Origin: an uncultured Planctomycetota bacterium
Lineage (GTDB): Bacteria > Planctomycetota > Planctomycetia > Isosphaerales > Isosphaeraceae
Reading direction: 5' to 3'
Length of the DNA: 64,000 nucleotides
NCBI GenBank assembly: GCA_963823665.1
Contig: CAWGMQ010000010.1
Coordinates: forward strand, 1,856,001-1,920,000
This document shows positions 38,799 to 49,926 of this stretch, piece after piece. How positions within the stretch are numbered: position 1 is the first letter of the stretch; each line of letters begins with the position of its first letter. Both the position numbers and the translations under genes were made by a program. The notes below the pieces were generated by a model. The model saw nothing but the letters and a program-made list of their open reading frames with translations. It was not told the origin of the DNA and made no database searches.

Positions 38799-40064
38799 TT
38801 GAGTGACGCACGGTCGAAGCTGGTGATTGTGGGGATTGGCGACGATGGGCTGGCCGGTTTGACGGAGCCGGCGCGGAAGGTTGTGCTGTCGGCCGATTTG
38901 ATTCTGGGCGCGCCGCAGGCACTGGCCTTGCTCGAAGAGACTCCGGCGCGGAAGCAGGCGCTCGAGCCGGAGATGGGCGAGGCGCTCAAACAAGTGCGTG
39001 AGGCACTCAAGGCGCGGCGGCCGGTGCTGGTCAGCAGCGGCGATCCGCTGTTTTACGGCGTTGCGCGGTATCTGTGCGACCGGTTGGGGAAGGACCTGTT
39101 CGAGGTTGTGCCGCATGTGAGCAGCATGCAACTGGCGTTCGCGCGGGTGAAGGAAAGCTGGGAGGATGCGACGCTGATCAACCTGGCAGGGAGGCCGATC
39201 GAGTCGATCATCGACCGCATCCGGACCGCGGAGAAGATCGGGTTGTTCTCGAGCGAGGAGTGCCCGCCGCCGCGACTGGCGCGCGCGCTACTGGATCACG
39301 GCATCGATTACTTCAGGGCTTTCGTGTGCGAGAACCTGGGCTCACCGGATGAACGGGTCACACAGGCCGAGCTGAGCGACCTTCTGGACATGGAATTCAA
39401 CGCGCTCAACGTCCTCATTCTGATTCGTCTGCCGAACCGGCCTGACCGAGGAAGCCGGCTCTCACGGCGGCGGCTCTTCGGCAACCCGGATGAGGCTTTT
39501 GCGCAAGCTCTTCCCAAACGCGGGTTGATCACGCACGCCGAGGTGAGGGCGATCGCGCTGGCCCAGCTCGACATCCGGGCGACGAGCGTGGTGTGGGACA
39601 TCGGCGCGGGGTCCGGCTCGGTGGCGATCGAGGCGGCACAGCTCGCGTACCAGGGGATGGTCTACGCGGTCGAGCCGGAGCCGGCGGATATTGCGCTGAT
39701 CCAGGCGAATGCCGAGGAGTTTGGTGTGCCGAATGTGAAGGCTGTGCTGGGGAGGGCGCCTGAGATTCTCGATGGTCTGCCGGAGCCTGATGCGGTCTTC
39801 GTGGGGGGGACTGGGCGGCAGCTCGACCTGGTGCTGGGGGCGGCGTACACGCGGCTGTGCCACGGGGGCAGCATGGCGATTAACGTCGCCACGATCGAGG
39901 GGCTCTCGGCTGCGTACCACAAACTGAAGTCGCTGGGCGGGGAAGTGCGGGTGTGGAACATGACGATCTCGCGCGGAATCGAGCAGATGGACCGCCTGCG
40001 GTTTGAGTCGATTGCGCCGACATTCTTGCTGGTGATCACGAAGAGGCTGGAATCGGATGATTGA
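38799..40064 (+). CDS. cobL: Precorrin-6Y C5,15-methyltransferase (CbiE-CbiT fusion)
   Basis: IVGIGDDG, SGDPLFYG, ENLG...ER, VWDIGAGSGSVAIE, PDAVFVGG. TTG start. Confidence 0.93.
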   Translation: MSDARSKLVIVGIGDDGLAGLTEPARKVVLSADLILGAPQALALLEETPARKQALEPEMGEALKQVREALKARRPVLVSSGDPLFYGVARYLCDRLGKDLFEVVPHVSSMQLAFARVKESWEDATLINLAGRPIESIIDRIRTAEKIGLFSSEECPPPRLARALLDHGIDYFRAFVCENLGSPDERVTQAELSDLLDMEFNALNVLILIRLPNRPDRGSRLSRRRLFGNPDEAFAQALPKRGLITHAEVRAIALAQLDIRATSVVWDIGAGSGSVAIEAAQLAYQGMVYAVEPEPADIALIQANAEEFGVPNVKAVLGRAPEILDGLPEPDAVFVGGTGRQLDLVLGAAYTRLCHGGSMAINVATIEGLSAAYHKLKSLGGEVRVWNMTISRGIEQMDRLRFESIAPTFLLVITKRLESDD

Positions 40065-40245
40065 GGCAACGAGAGTAGGGCGGGGACGAACGCGGGGATG
40101 GGAATATGCCGGTCCTGGTGAGTTGATTCATCAGGAGCATCGACAAGTCTCTTCCCTTGAGCGCACGAATGTGAAGAATGGTAGCTGGTGGGAGTGAGGA
40201 TCGCTGCCTGATCTACAAAGATACGGAACTGGAGGACTGACCCGC

Positions 40246-41009
40246 ATGGCCGCATCGCCGGAGCCCGAGCTGGACTTGATCGCCGTGGGGCGCACCCGGA
40301 CGATGTCGAGATCGCGTGCGGGGGGACGCTGGCCCGGCTGGCGCGCAAAGGTTACGCTGTAGGTATCGTCGATCTTACCGACGGCGAGCCGACGCCGCAC
40401 TCGCCCGGGCCGGAGGTCCGGCTGGCGGAGGCGATGCGGGCGGCCGAGATCCTGGGTGCGGTCACGCGGATCAATCTGAATATGCCGAATCGGCGTCTCT
40501 TTGATTCATTCGAGGCACGCGTCGAGCTTGCAAAGGTGTTCCGGCGGCTGAAACCGAAGGTTGTGATCGGATTTGGAGGCAAGACAGTGCTGGCCTCACC
40601 GGACCATTACCAGGCGATGTTGATCACGGACGCGGCCGTGTTCTACAGCCGGCTGACCAAGTGGGATGAGTACTTCAACGGGTTACCGACGCACGTGGTC
40701 ACGAACCAGTTGAGTTTCCCGATTGGGCTGCATGGGTTGGACTTGCCGGAAGCGTCCGGGTACATTGTTGCCGATATCGGTTCGACACTCGAGATCAAGC
40801 TTGAGGCGATCCGAACTTACAAGACGCAGTTTCCGGCAAGCAAGGCAGGGATCTTCCGTGGCGTTGAAGCCATGAACCGTTATCAAGGCCTGACCGCCGG
40901 GTTCGAGGCGGGAGAAGTCTTCATGACCTATCGCTCGGTCGGCGTCGATGATTTACTGGGATGGGCCGCGCCGGCCCACGCCCGGCAGCCGGAGAGTTTG
41001 CCAAAATGA
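40246..41009 (+). CDS. PIG-L/LmbE family N-acetylglucosaminyl deacetylase (BshB1-like); frameshift in a G run near 40290
   Basis: [29 protein letters not shown]. Confidence 0.85.
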
Positions 41010-42118
41010 GTCACGGCCGGTCCGATCCTTGCGTTCAATTGAAAGGTGAGTCAGAGTTGGGGGCGGCGGGGGGACTGCTAAGCTGGTTGAAGAAGATCTT
41101 CGGCTTGCCGTCTGCACCCAAAGAACACAAGCCAACGCATGCTGGATCACTGATGGGCTGGATCAAGCGACTGCTGGGCATCGGCAACTCCGACCAGGAT
41201 TCGGCGACGGACGAGTTCGCCACGCTTTCGTCGTTCACGCTCTTGCCGGGGCAGCTCAAGCTCAGGGTTGGCGTGGTCTCGGTGCGGGGAAACTACCGCG
41301 ACCACAACGAAGACAACTTTTACGTGCCCGGGAGGCGGTCCGTCCGGCACGACAGCGGCACCGAGAGCCATTCCGAAATGCCGGCACTGACCATGGAATC
41401 GTCAAATCTGTTCATCGTGGCCGACGGGATGGGGGGGCAGCAAGCCGGGGAACAAGCGAGCTTGATGGCAATTGATTTGATTCCGCGAGCGATTCAGCGG
41501 CGGCTGACGCCGGAGGAGGCGGACCCGGCACGGATCAAGGAGGCGATCCGGGACGCGGTTGCCGAAGTGAATCAAGAGATTCTGGGGAGTTCGGGGGCGG
41601 TCACTGAATTCTCCAACATGGGAACAACGGTGGTGCTGGCCCAGTTCCGGTCTGATCGGGTGTTTGTGGCCGGAATTGGCGACTCGCGGGCGTACCGGCT
41701 TCGCGAAGGGAAGCTCGAACAGCTCACGAAGGATCATTCGCTTGCGGATGCGCTACTGGACGCGGGCACGATCACGGCCGAGGAGCTCGCCAACCACAAG
41801 TTCAAGAACGTGTTGTATCTGTACCTGGGCAGCAAAGACGCGCGGGGGGGGCCGGAGGAGGTGCGAGCGATGGACGTGAGGCCCGGCGATCGGCTGCTGC
41901 TGGCGAGTGACGGGTTGACCGGGGTCGTACCCGACAAGGATCTGAGCCATATCCTGGGCTCGGTCGATGACCCTCAGCGGGCGGCGGTGATGCTCAAGGA
42001 CTTGGCGCTCGCGAATGATTCGAAGGACAATGTGACCTGCCTGATTATTCATGCGGTTGCGCACGAGGACTCTGTCACCGGCGTCTCCAGCGGGGGGGAA
42101 GCTGGCGGTGGGGTCTAG
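41006..42118 (+). CDS. PP2C/Stp1 family Ser/Thr phosphatase
   Basis: RDHNEDN, VADGMGG, MGTT, GDSRAY, LTKDHS, SDGLTG, DNVT. ATGA overlap with the upstream gene; alternative start 41152. Confidence 0.93.
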   Translation: MSHGRSDPCVQLKGESELGAAGGLLSWLKKIFGLPSAPKEHKPTHAGSLMGWIKRLLGIGNSDQDSATDEFATLSSFTLLPGQLKLRVGVVSVRGNYRDHNEDNFYVPGRRSVRHDSGTESHSEMPALTMESSNLFIVADGMGGQQAGEQASLMAIDLIPRAIQRRLTPEEADPARIKEAIRDAVAEVNQEILGSSGAVTEFSNMGTTVVLAQFRSDRVFVAGIGDSRAYRLREGKLEQLTKDHSLADALLDAGTITAEELANHKFKNVLYLYLGSKDARGGPEEVRAMDVRPGDRLLLASDGLTGVVPDKDLSHILGSVDDPQRAAVMLKDLALANDSKDNVTCLIIHAVAHEDSVTGVSSGGEAGGGV

Positions 42119-42210
42119 AGAGCCGGGCCGGCCCCGGCCTGCTCGGGGCGGCCGAAGCAGCTAAGCCTTTCGCCGCCTCTTGCGGCGGCGTGAAAGGATG
42201 TGGGTGGACG

Positions 42211-43579
42211 ATGCTCCCGCTGGACGACTTCATCGCGCACGTCGCCGCGTCGGGACTGGTTGCGCCGGAGGTGCTGGCGCAAGTGCGCAGCCAGATTGAA
42301 CCCGAGCCGGCGGGTGAGGCGTCCGTGCGCCTGGCGCGGCGGCTGCTGGAGCACGGCTGGTTGACGAGCTACCAAGCGAAGAAGCTCCTCGGTGGTGCCA
42401 CCCGCGGGTTTTTTCTGGGCGGATACCGGCTGATGAGACCGATCGGAGAAGGGGGGATGGGGAAGGTGTACCTGGCGATCGACGATCGCCGGGACCAGGT
42501 GGCGATCAAGGTGCTGCCGCCGCGAAAAGCGGTGGCGGAAGAGAACGCACTGCGGCGCTTTCGCCGCGAGATGGAGCTATCGCAGCGCTGTGTGCACCCG
42601 AATCTGGCCCGCACGCTTGCGGTCGGGAGCGATGGCGATGTGCATTTCATGGTGATGGAGTACATCCCGGGGAAAAGCCTCTTCGACCTCGTCAAGAATG
42701 AAGGGCTCGGTCCGCTCCGCGTACCCGATGCCGCCAAAATCTTCCTGAAGGTTGTCGACGGCCTCGAAGCGGCGCATGGCGCGGGCTTGGTGCATCGCGA
42801 TATCAAGCCGTCGAACATCATGATCACTCCGCTGGGCGAAGCGAAGCTGCTCGACCTGGGTCTTGCGCGCGCACTGGACGACGAGAAGGGGCTCACGCGT
42901 GCCAACACGGTGCTGGGCACGCTCGACTACGCGAGCCCGGAGCAGCTTCGCGACGCGGCCAAGGCCGACGCCAGGAGCGACCTGTACAGCCTGGGATGCA
43001 CGCTCTACTTCGCTCTTGCGGGGAGCCCGCCGTTTGAGGGGGGCGACATCATCAACAAGATTTACAAGCAGCGGATGGAGGACCCGCCGCCTCTCGAGAG
43101 CCGGGCGCGCGGCGTGCCCGCCGCATTTGCAGCGGTCGTGCGCAAGTTGATGAGCAAGAATCCCGACGAGCGGTATCAAAATGCGGCCGAGTTGCGCGGA
43201 TCTGACGCGCTGGACCGACCCGACACGGGTCCGCGCGATCCTGGGGGCTGAAGCGGACGCCGCCCGGAGTTTTCGACCGCCGCCGCCTGAGCTCGGTGAA
43301 GATGACCTTCGCCTCCTCGACGACGAATCGACCGTGAGCAGAGACCAGGTCTCGATCCGGGACCTCGGCGGCGCGGAGCCGTCGGTTGCTCCCCGCCATC
43401 AAGCACCTGAAGCCCCCATGCGTGCATTGGTGCGTCATCGGGAACCGTCCGAGTCCATGCACCGTCCATTTCCACAGTCGGGCAACGGCGACACGCGCTG
43501 GCTGGTTCATTTTGCGATCATCGCGGCGGCAACGGGGCTGATTGCCATCCTGATCATCGCGCTCTTTCTCCGATCTTGA
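42211..43579 (+). CDS. Ser/Thr protein kinase with C-terminal TM; frameshift near 43195
   Basis: IGEGGMGKVY, VAIKVL, HRDIKPSN, DLGLA, GTLDYASPEQ. The tail continues in ORF 43181..43579. Confidence 0.9.
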
Positions 43580-43661
43580 GTCAATTGGCGCGAAACATGC
43601 TCTCAGAGCATCGGGCTATGGGCGTTGACTTTTCAAATGTTTCGGTTGGGATGGCTTTCTC

Positions 43662-43886
43662 ATGCTAAAGGTTGATTCTGGATCGGTTTCCGCCTCTTGT
43701 GTCGACAGTCGTGCTGAACGACCGGGCAATGCGGAGGTTCCCGCGGTGGTGGAAGTTGGGTTGCTGATGCCTGCACATTGGGCAGCCGCGTTGATTGAGC
43801 TGTCAAAGGTACGACAGGTGAGCGTCGCCCAGATTTTGCGCGCGTCCGTTGCACAAACTTTGCGCGATGTTGGGGTGGCTGTGTAA
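43662..43886 (+). CDS. Small hypothetical protein, possible ribbon-helix-helix
   Basis: VVEVGLLMPAHWAAALIELSKVRQVSVAQILR has a strand-helix-helix pattern. Confidence 0.55.
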   Translation: MLKVDSGSVSASCVDSRAERPGNAEVPAVVEVGLLMPAHWAAALIELSKVRQVSVAQILRASVAQTLRDVGVAV

Positions 43887-44130
43887 GATTTGCCGAACGT
43901 TTCTTTCTGTGCGGCATTCGCCGCGCGATTTCGCCGATCGGCCAACCTCCTTCGCCGACTGACATTTCTCGGTTTTTCTCAAAATCCCAAAATCCCGATA
44001 CAGGTCGTCGAATAGGCGGCTGCGCCGCGATGCTGCTGTGCGCTGCTTTGAGCCGAGTTGCGGCTCGGCTCAACGGGAGCGAGAGTGAGATTGGACCCTC
44101 GAAGTTAGATCGTGTGCAGCACCTAGATTA

Positions 44131-44183
44131 GGTGCAACCCACCGGCCGTAATGCTTTATCGGATGGTGGGTTGCACCCACCCT
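44131..44183. repeat. REP-like inverted repeat
   Basis: ggtgcaacccacc 44131-43 with ggtgggttgcacc 44165-77, a perfect 13-bp IR. Confidence 0.75.
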
Positions 44184-44314
44184 GCGGAAAGACCCGACGC
44201 GTTCGCACCCGAACGGTCTTCAGGAGAGTTCCCGGCGCTTGAGACAGGCCCGCGATTGTTTCTCTCACAATGTTTAAGAGAATCGACAAAGACGTCCGGA
44301 ACGAGATATAGATC

Positions 44315-44343
44315 TTGTCAATCGATTTAGTAGACAATAAGAT
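44315..44343 (+). promoter_or_regulatory. Putative sigma70 promoter with overlapping inverted repeat
   Basis: TTGTCA-17 bp-TAAGAT; ttgtc-N13-gacaa IR at 44315-37. Confidence 0.45.
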
Positions 44344-44420
44344 CGTGAGCGACGGGGCAATCAGATCCGCGTACAAGCAGACCGACGAGTGCGCGACGAG
44401 CGCTTCGAGGCGAAAACACG

Positions 44421-47111
44421 ATGCGTTCGACCGTTTCTGGGATCACTCCAAGCGAGGTAGCTTCAGGCAATGAGACCGAAGCCAAGCTGGCTCGACTTTG
44501 GGCGAACGTGCTCCGGCTCGACCACGTCGTTCACCACGACAACTACTTCGCTCTGGGCGGAAACTCGCTGATGGCTGTGAGTCTGATCGCTCGGATCGAG
44601 GCTGAATTCGGGGTAAGGCTGCCGCTGACATCGATTATCCAAGCTCCGACTGTCCGTGAGTTTGCTCGGCTGCTCGAAACCGGCGGGTCGCATGAGCCCG
44701 TCGTGCTGGTGCGGGCCGGGAGCGGTGAATGGCCACTGTTCCTGGTTCACGACGCCGATGGCGAAACGATCCTGTATCGCAGCCTCGCGTTCAACCTGAA
44801 TCCGACGCAATCCGTCTATGGTCTCCAGCCCTACAGTCAGCCGAGCCATCCGATGCTGCATACGCGCATCGAGGAGATGGCGGCCTACCACATCACGAGC
44901 ATGCGGAAGATTCAGACGCGTGGTCCATATCTACTCGGCGGACTGTGCGCCGGGGGCATCATCGCCTTCGAGATAGCCAGGCAACTCGAGCGAGCCGGTG
45001 AAACGGTGGCGATGGTCGCGCTCATGGACGCCGCGGACGTCGCCGCGAAGGAACAGCCGATTCGATTTGCCAAGAAAAGGCTCGAACGACTGTCGGCCGC
45101 ACTTCGCGAGGGGCATGATGTCGGGAAACTGCGCCGCGTTGCGCAGGCGGCACGGGTGATCATGGGGAAAGCCGTCAGCTTTAGCCGCTACGCGATCTCG
45201 AGCCGGGTTGGGGCGATCCGCAATCAGGCCACGGTGAGCTCGTTCCGGCTTTGCTTGAAGCTCGGTGTCCCCGTTCCTGCTTTCGTTCGTAACATACCCG
45301 TCAGAACGTTATACAACGAGGCCAAACGCTTCTACCGGCCTTTGACTCCGATCCGCGGCGAGCTGTTGCTGCTGAGGGCATCGAGCGGCGTTGGCGACGA
45401 TGCACCGCACTCACATCGCTGCGCTGATCCGCTCATGGGGTGGGAGCCGCGCACGACACACGGAGTGAAGGCCTTCGACGTTCCCGGCGGCCATTCGAGC
45501 ATGCTCCAGGAGCCAAACTCTCGAATGGTCGCGGAGATCATCGAGAAGTACGTCGATTCCGCCGCAGAGCGTCTGATGGTCGGATCGAAAAAGGCCGGAG
45601 CGGCGGTTGATAACGCCGCGTCAGGGAGTGTTCCTCGCCACGGAGTCGTCGATTCGGTATCCGCTCAACCCAACGGGAAACCTTCTGAACTCGTGAGCAA
45701 GGTGCCCGCCACAACCTACAAGTTCTTGCTCTTGTCGGCGAGCAGCCGCGATCAGCTTGAATCCGCCTCGGCCCGGCTGGCCGGCTATCTTGATCGCGAT
45801 GCCGAGACGGAGCCATCCGATGTGACCGAGATTGCGGCCGCAGGAACAAACCAATCAGGGTGGCGCCAGGCGGTTGTAGGTGCGAACCGTGCCGAGCTGG
45901 TCGAGCGGCTGCGTAAGGGGATTGGCCCGGGGGTCTGGACGAGCTCCGAGCGGGTCGTCCGCAGGGACGTGGCGTTCATCCTCGCCGGCGTAGGAGAGCA
46001 GGGGGCGGGGGTCGGACGCGATCTTTACGATGCGGAGCCGGCCTTCCGCGACGCGGCCAACGACTGTGCAGACCTCGTGAAGCCAATTCTGGGCCGGGAC
46101 CTGCGCGAGGTGGTGTTTGCAGCCCGGCAGTCGACGGGGGGCTGGCTCCGGGGTGGAAACAGCGGCGTGCTCAAGGAGACGCAGGTCGCGCAGCCCGCGG
46201 CGTTCATCCTTGACTGGGCACTGGCCAGAATGTGGATGAACTGGGGTGTCAGGCCATCTGCGGTGCTCGGCTACAGCGTGGGCGAGTACGTTACCGCGGC
46301 GCTGGCCGGAGTCGTGGCGATGAATGACAGCCTCACGATGCTGGCCAGACGGGCACAGTGGATCGATCAGCTCGCGGAACCGGGCGTCATGCTGGCGGTG
46401 GCGGCCGGTGAGGCGGACGTCTCGCCTCGACTGGGGGACGGGGTCTGGCTTGCGGCGGTTAACAGTCCGCAGGCAACGGTCGTTGGCGGACGTTCGGAAT
46501 CGATCGAGCGACTGGAGGGCGAGCTGCAGTCAGCCGGGTTCGCGACGCGCCGGGTGGTCTCGATGCACGGGACCCACACGCCGTTGCTCGACGCGGTGAG
46601 GGGGAACCTGCTGCGCCTGGCCGAGGGAATATGGCACGCCCCGCCACAGATCCCGATGCTTTCGAATGTCACCGGAACCTGGCTCACCGCGGCGGATGCC
46701 GAGGACTCCGGCTACTGGGGCGCGCACATGTGCGGAACCCTGCGTTTCGAGGCGGCGATTGCCGAATTGCTGCAGGCGCAGGACAGGGTGCTGCTGGAGA
46801 TCGGTCCTGGGGCCGGCCTGGGTGCGATGGTCCGCCAGCACCCATTGTGCAGCAGAGACCAGGCGGCGCGCACGTTTTCAAGCCTGCCATCGGCGTGGGA
46901 CCGGGCGAGCGAGCGGGAACACGTCGCGGGCACGCTCGGCAGGCTGTGGGTAGCCGGAGTGGATATCGACTGGAACTCTGTCACGACGGGAAGGAAACGA
47001 CAACGCGTGGCGCTTTGGGACGTCTCGGCCGAGGAGCAACCGATCGTGGCGGATTGCGGGCTGGAAGCTGTCAACAGTGGCGAATCTCTACGTTTCACCG
47101 GTCAAGGGTGA
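44421..47111 (+). CDS. Carrier protein - thioesterase - KS/AT linker - acyltransferase fusion (no KS)
   Basis: DNYFALGGNSL (PP-binding); GPYLLGGLCAGG...MDAA...GGHSSM (TE); AQPAAF...GYSVG...AAVNSP...HGTH...LEIGPG (AT). Confidence 0.9.
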   Translation: MRSTVSGITPSEVASGNETEAKLARLWANVLRLDHVVHHDNYFALGGNSLMAVSLIARIEAEFGVRLPLTSIIQAPTVREFARLLETGGSHEPVVLVRAGSGEWPLFLVHDADGETILYRSLAFNLNPTQSVYGLQPYSQPSHPMLHTRIEEMAAYHITSMRKIQTRGPYLLGGLCAGGIIAFEIARQLERAGETVAMVALMDAADVAAKEQPIRFAKKRLERLSAALREGHDVGKLRRVAQAARVIMGKAVSFSRYAISSRVGAIRNQATVSSFRLCLKLGVPVPAFVRNIPVRTLYNEAKRFYRPLTPIRGELLLLRASSGVGDDAPHSHRCADPLMGWEPRTTHGVKAFDVPGGHSSMLQEPNSRMVAEIIEKYVDSAAERLMVGSKKAGAAVDNAASGSVPRHGVVDSVSAQPNGKPSELVSKVPATTYKFLLLSASSRDQLESASARLAGYLDRDAETEPSDVTEIAAAGTNQSGWRQAVVGANRAELVERLRKGIGPGVWTSSERVVRRDVAFILAGVGEQGAGVGRDLYDAEPAFRDAANDCADLVKPILGRDLREVVFAARQSTGGWLRGGNSGVLKETQVAQPAAFILDWALARMWMNWGVRPSAVLGYSVGEYVTAALAGVVAMNDSLTMLARRAQWIDQLAEPGVMLAVAAGEADVSPRLGDGVWLAAVNSPQATVVGGRSESIERLEGELQSAGFATRRVVSMHGTHTPLLDAVRGNLLRLAEGIWHAPPQIPMLSNVTGTWLTAADAEDSGYWGAHMCGTLRFEAAIAELLQAQDRVLLEIGPGAGLGAMVRQHPLCSRDQAARTFSSLPSAWDRASEREHVAGTLGRLWVAGVDIDWNSVTTGRKRQRVALWDVSAEEQPIVADCGLEAVNSGESLRFTGQG

Positions 47112-47173
47112 GTCATTCCAATCGCCGCGGCGAGGCCGGGGCGATCGAATTCTTCAACATGGAGCATCAACGC

Positions 47174-47434
47174 ATGAGCCTTGACGACATCAAACGGAAA
47201 ACCAAGTCTTTCATTTCAGGCAGTTTCCGGAACTTTGACCTCAAAGATGACGACGATATCTTTTCCCTCGGCCTGGCTAATTCGCTTTTCGCGATGCAAC
47301 TGGTGATGTTTGTCGAGAAGGAATTGGAAGTGAAGGTGCATGACGACGATCTCGACATCGATAACTTCCGCACCGTCAATGCGGTCACGGGCCTCGTGAC
47401 GAGGAAACTCGCGGCTGTGCAGGCCGTCGCCTGA
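47174..47434 (+). CDS. Stand-alone acyl carrier protein (FkbJ-like)
   Basis: DDDIFSLGLANSLFAMQLVMFVEKE...DNFRTVN; ggag SD at 47161. Confidence 0.9.
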   Translation: MSLDDIKRKTKSFISGSFRNFDLKDDDDIFSLGLANSLFAMQLVMFVEKELEVKVHDDDLDIDNFRTVNAVTGLVTRKLAAVQAVA

Positions 47435-47621
47435 CGATCGAAGGCATTGTGCGGCGGGTGCTCACGCCCGGCGCTGCCCGCGCGCCGGAGGCTTTCGGAC
47501 GCGGTTTCAAGACCTATACTCGAGCGCGACGCTCGGGGCTCCGGCCCCATTCTGCGCACTGCGCTAGCCAATGAGACCCAAACTTTGAGGCGCGATTGCT
47601 GCCGCTCGAAAGAAGGGCGGA

Positions 47622-48786
47622 ATGGCTCGCGAGTTCGTGATGAGACCGGAGTTGAGCGCTGCTCAGAAAGATGCACAGGCACGCTATCGTGAATTCGTGC
47701 AGGCGGAGATCACACCCCACGCGGATCGATGGGACAGCGAGGGGCGGATACCGCCGGAGCTGATAACCCGCATGGGACGGGAGGGGTATCTCGGTGCTTT
47801 CGTGCCGGCAGAACGCGACGGGCGCGGCATGGATATGGTGACCTTCGGCATCCTGAACGAGGAAGTCGGGCGTGGCTGCTCGTCGGTGCGCAGTCTGCTT
47901 ACAGTCCACGGGATGGTCGAGCACGCCATCCTGCGCCTGGGGGAGCGAGGAGCAGAAGAAGCGTTGGCTGCCGCGGCTGGCGACGGGCGAGGTGATCGGG
48001 GCGTTCGGGCTGACCGAGCCCGGTGCCGGCAGCGATGCCGCTGGAGTTGAGACCAGCGCCACGCGATCCGAGGGATCGTACACCTTGAATGGAACCAAGG
48101 TGTGGACTTCGTTCGGCCAGATCGCGGATGTCGTGCTCGTCTTTGCACGGCTGGAAGGCAAGATGACCGCGTTCCTGGTCGAGACGCGGAGCCCCGGTTT
48201 TTCTACCACCCCGACCACCGGGCTACTGGGTACGCGAGCAGCCATGCTGGCCACTCTCCGGATGGAATCCTGCGCGATCCCCAAAGAAAACTGCATCGGC
48301 GGCCCTGGGTTCGGATTGAGCGCAGTCGGCTCGGCGGCGCTGGACATCGGCCGCTACAGCGTTGCCTGCGGCAGCGTTGGCATCGCCCAGGCCTGCCTCG
48401 ATGCCTCGATCAAATATGCTGCTTCACGCGAGCAATATGGCAACTTGCTCATGGACCACCAGCTCATCCGGAAGATGATCACCGAAATGGCCGTGAACGT
48501 GAGCGCGGCACGAAGCCTTTGCTATCGCGCCGGCTATCTCAAGGACACCGGTGATCCGCGGACCCTGCTCGAGACGCTGATGGCCAAGTACTTCGCGTCT
48601 CGGGTTGCCGTGCAATCCTCCAGCGACGCAGTGCAGATTCACGGTGCCAACGGGTGCGGCGGCGATTACCCCGTGCAACGCTACTATCGTGACTCCAAGA
48701 TCATGGAAATCATCGAAGGCAGCTCGCAAATCCTCGAGATCAACATTGCCAAGCAGTTCTGTGACGTCTATGGAGGCGCATCATGA
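47622..48786 (+). CDS. Acyl-CoA/acyl-ACP dehydrogenase (FkbI-like); frameshift in a G run near 47940
   Basis: CSSVRSLLTVH, AFGLTEPGAGSD, LNGTKVW, AVQIHGANG, MEIIEGS. Confidence 0.9.
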
Positions 48787-49844
48787 GTTCCGGTTCCGCC
48801 GTGGCGCACGTCGATGAAGTGTCAGAACAGGCAGTGAAATGCCTCGTCTGGGATCTCGACAATACACTGTGGGACGGAATCTTGCTCGAGGATCCGGACG
48901 TCCTGCTGCGGCCCGAGGTGCTCAATTTGCTCCGTGCGCTCGACGAGCGCGGCATCCTGCATTCGATCGCGAGCCGCAACGATCCTGAGGACGCTTTGAA
49001 GAAGCTGAGGGAGTTCGGACTCGCGGATTATTTTCTCCATCCGCAGGTAAACTGGAATCCCAAGTCCGAGTCCATCAAGGCCATCTCCGAGAATCTGAAG
49101 CTTGGCCTCGATACGTTCGCGTTCATCGACGACCAGCCGTTCGAGCGCGCCGAGGTCTCGTTCGCACACCCGAACGTGCTGTGCATCGACGCCACAGAGT
49201 TGACCACGATTCCCGACATCCCGCGGATGCATCCGCGGTTCATCACCGACGAATCGAGGACACGGCGGCACATGTATCGCAGCGACGAGCGCCGGCAGGA
49301 GGCGGAGAAAGAGTTCACCGGCACGAACCAGGAATTCCTGGCCGGCCTGAAAATGGTCTTCAGCATCTCAAATGTGGGCGAGTCTGACCTCAAGCGCGCC
49401 GAGGAATTGACCGTCCGGACCCACCAGTTGAATACGACCGGCTACTCGTATTCATACGAAGAACTCGACGCGTTGCGCGATTCGCCGGACCATCTTCTGC
49501 TCATCGCCGGACTGGATGACGTGTTCGGCACATATGGCAAGATCGGGCTTGCGGTTGTCGAACTGGGGCCGGAAGTCTGGACGATCAAGCTGCTTTTGAT
49601 GTCGTGCCGGGTCATCGCGCGCGGAGTGGGCGGCGTATTGCTCTCACGGATCATGAATCTGGCGAGGGACGCGGGAGCAAAGCTCCGCGCCGATTTCGTG
49701 TCGAATGACCGCAACCGAATGATGTACATCACCTACAAATTCGCAGGCTTCCGTGAAGTCGAGACGAGAGGCAGGGTATCCGTGCTCGAGAACGATCTCG
49801 AGAAGGAACAGGCGTTCCCGGACTACATCAAGGTGCACGTCTGA
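48783..49844 (+). CDS. fkbH: FkbH-like glyceryl-ACP synthase (HAD-IIIC)
   Basis: KCLVWDLDNTLWDG, FIDDQPFER, RTHQLN, LMSCRV. ATGA overlap with the upstream gene. Confidence 0.93.
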   Translation: MSSGSAVAHVDEVSEQAVKCLVWDLDNTLWDGILLEDPDVLLRPEVLNLLRALDERGILHSIASRNDPEDALKKLREFGLADYFLHPQVNWNPKSESIKAISENLKLGLDTFAFIDDQPFERAEVSFAHPNVLCIDATELTTIPDIPRMHPRFITDESRTRRHMYRSDERRQEAEKEFTGTNQEFLAGLKMVFSISNVGESDLKRAEELTVRTHQLNTTGYSYSYEELDALRDSPDHLLLIAGLDDVFGTYGKIGLAVVELGPEVWTIKLLLMSCRVIARGVGGVLLSRIMNLARDAGAKLRADFVSNDRNRMMYITYKFAGFREVETRGRVSVLENDLEKEQAFPDYIKVHV

Positions 49845-49926
49845 CGCCCCTGCGGGAAAGGCTCTCAGCCACGCGGGCAGCGTCGCATCGACCGAATTGA
49901 TTGTTAACTACATCGGGGCCTTGGTC

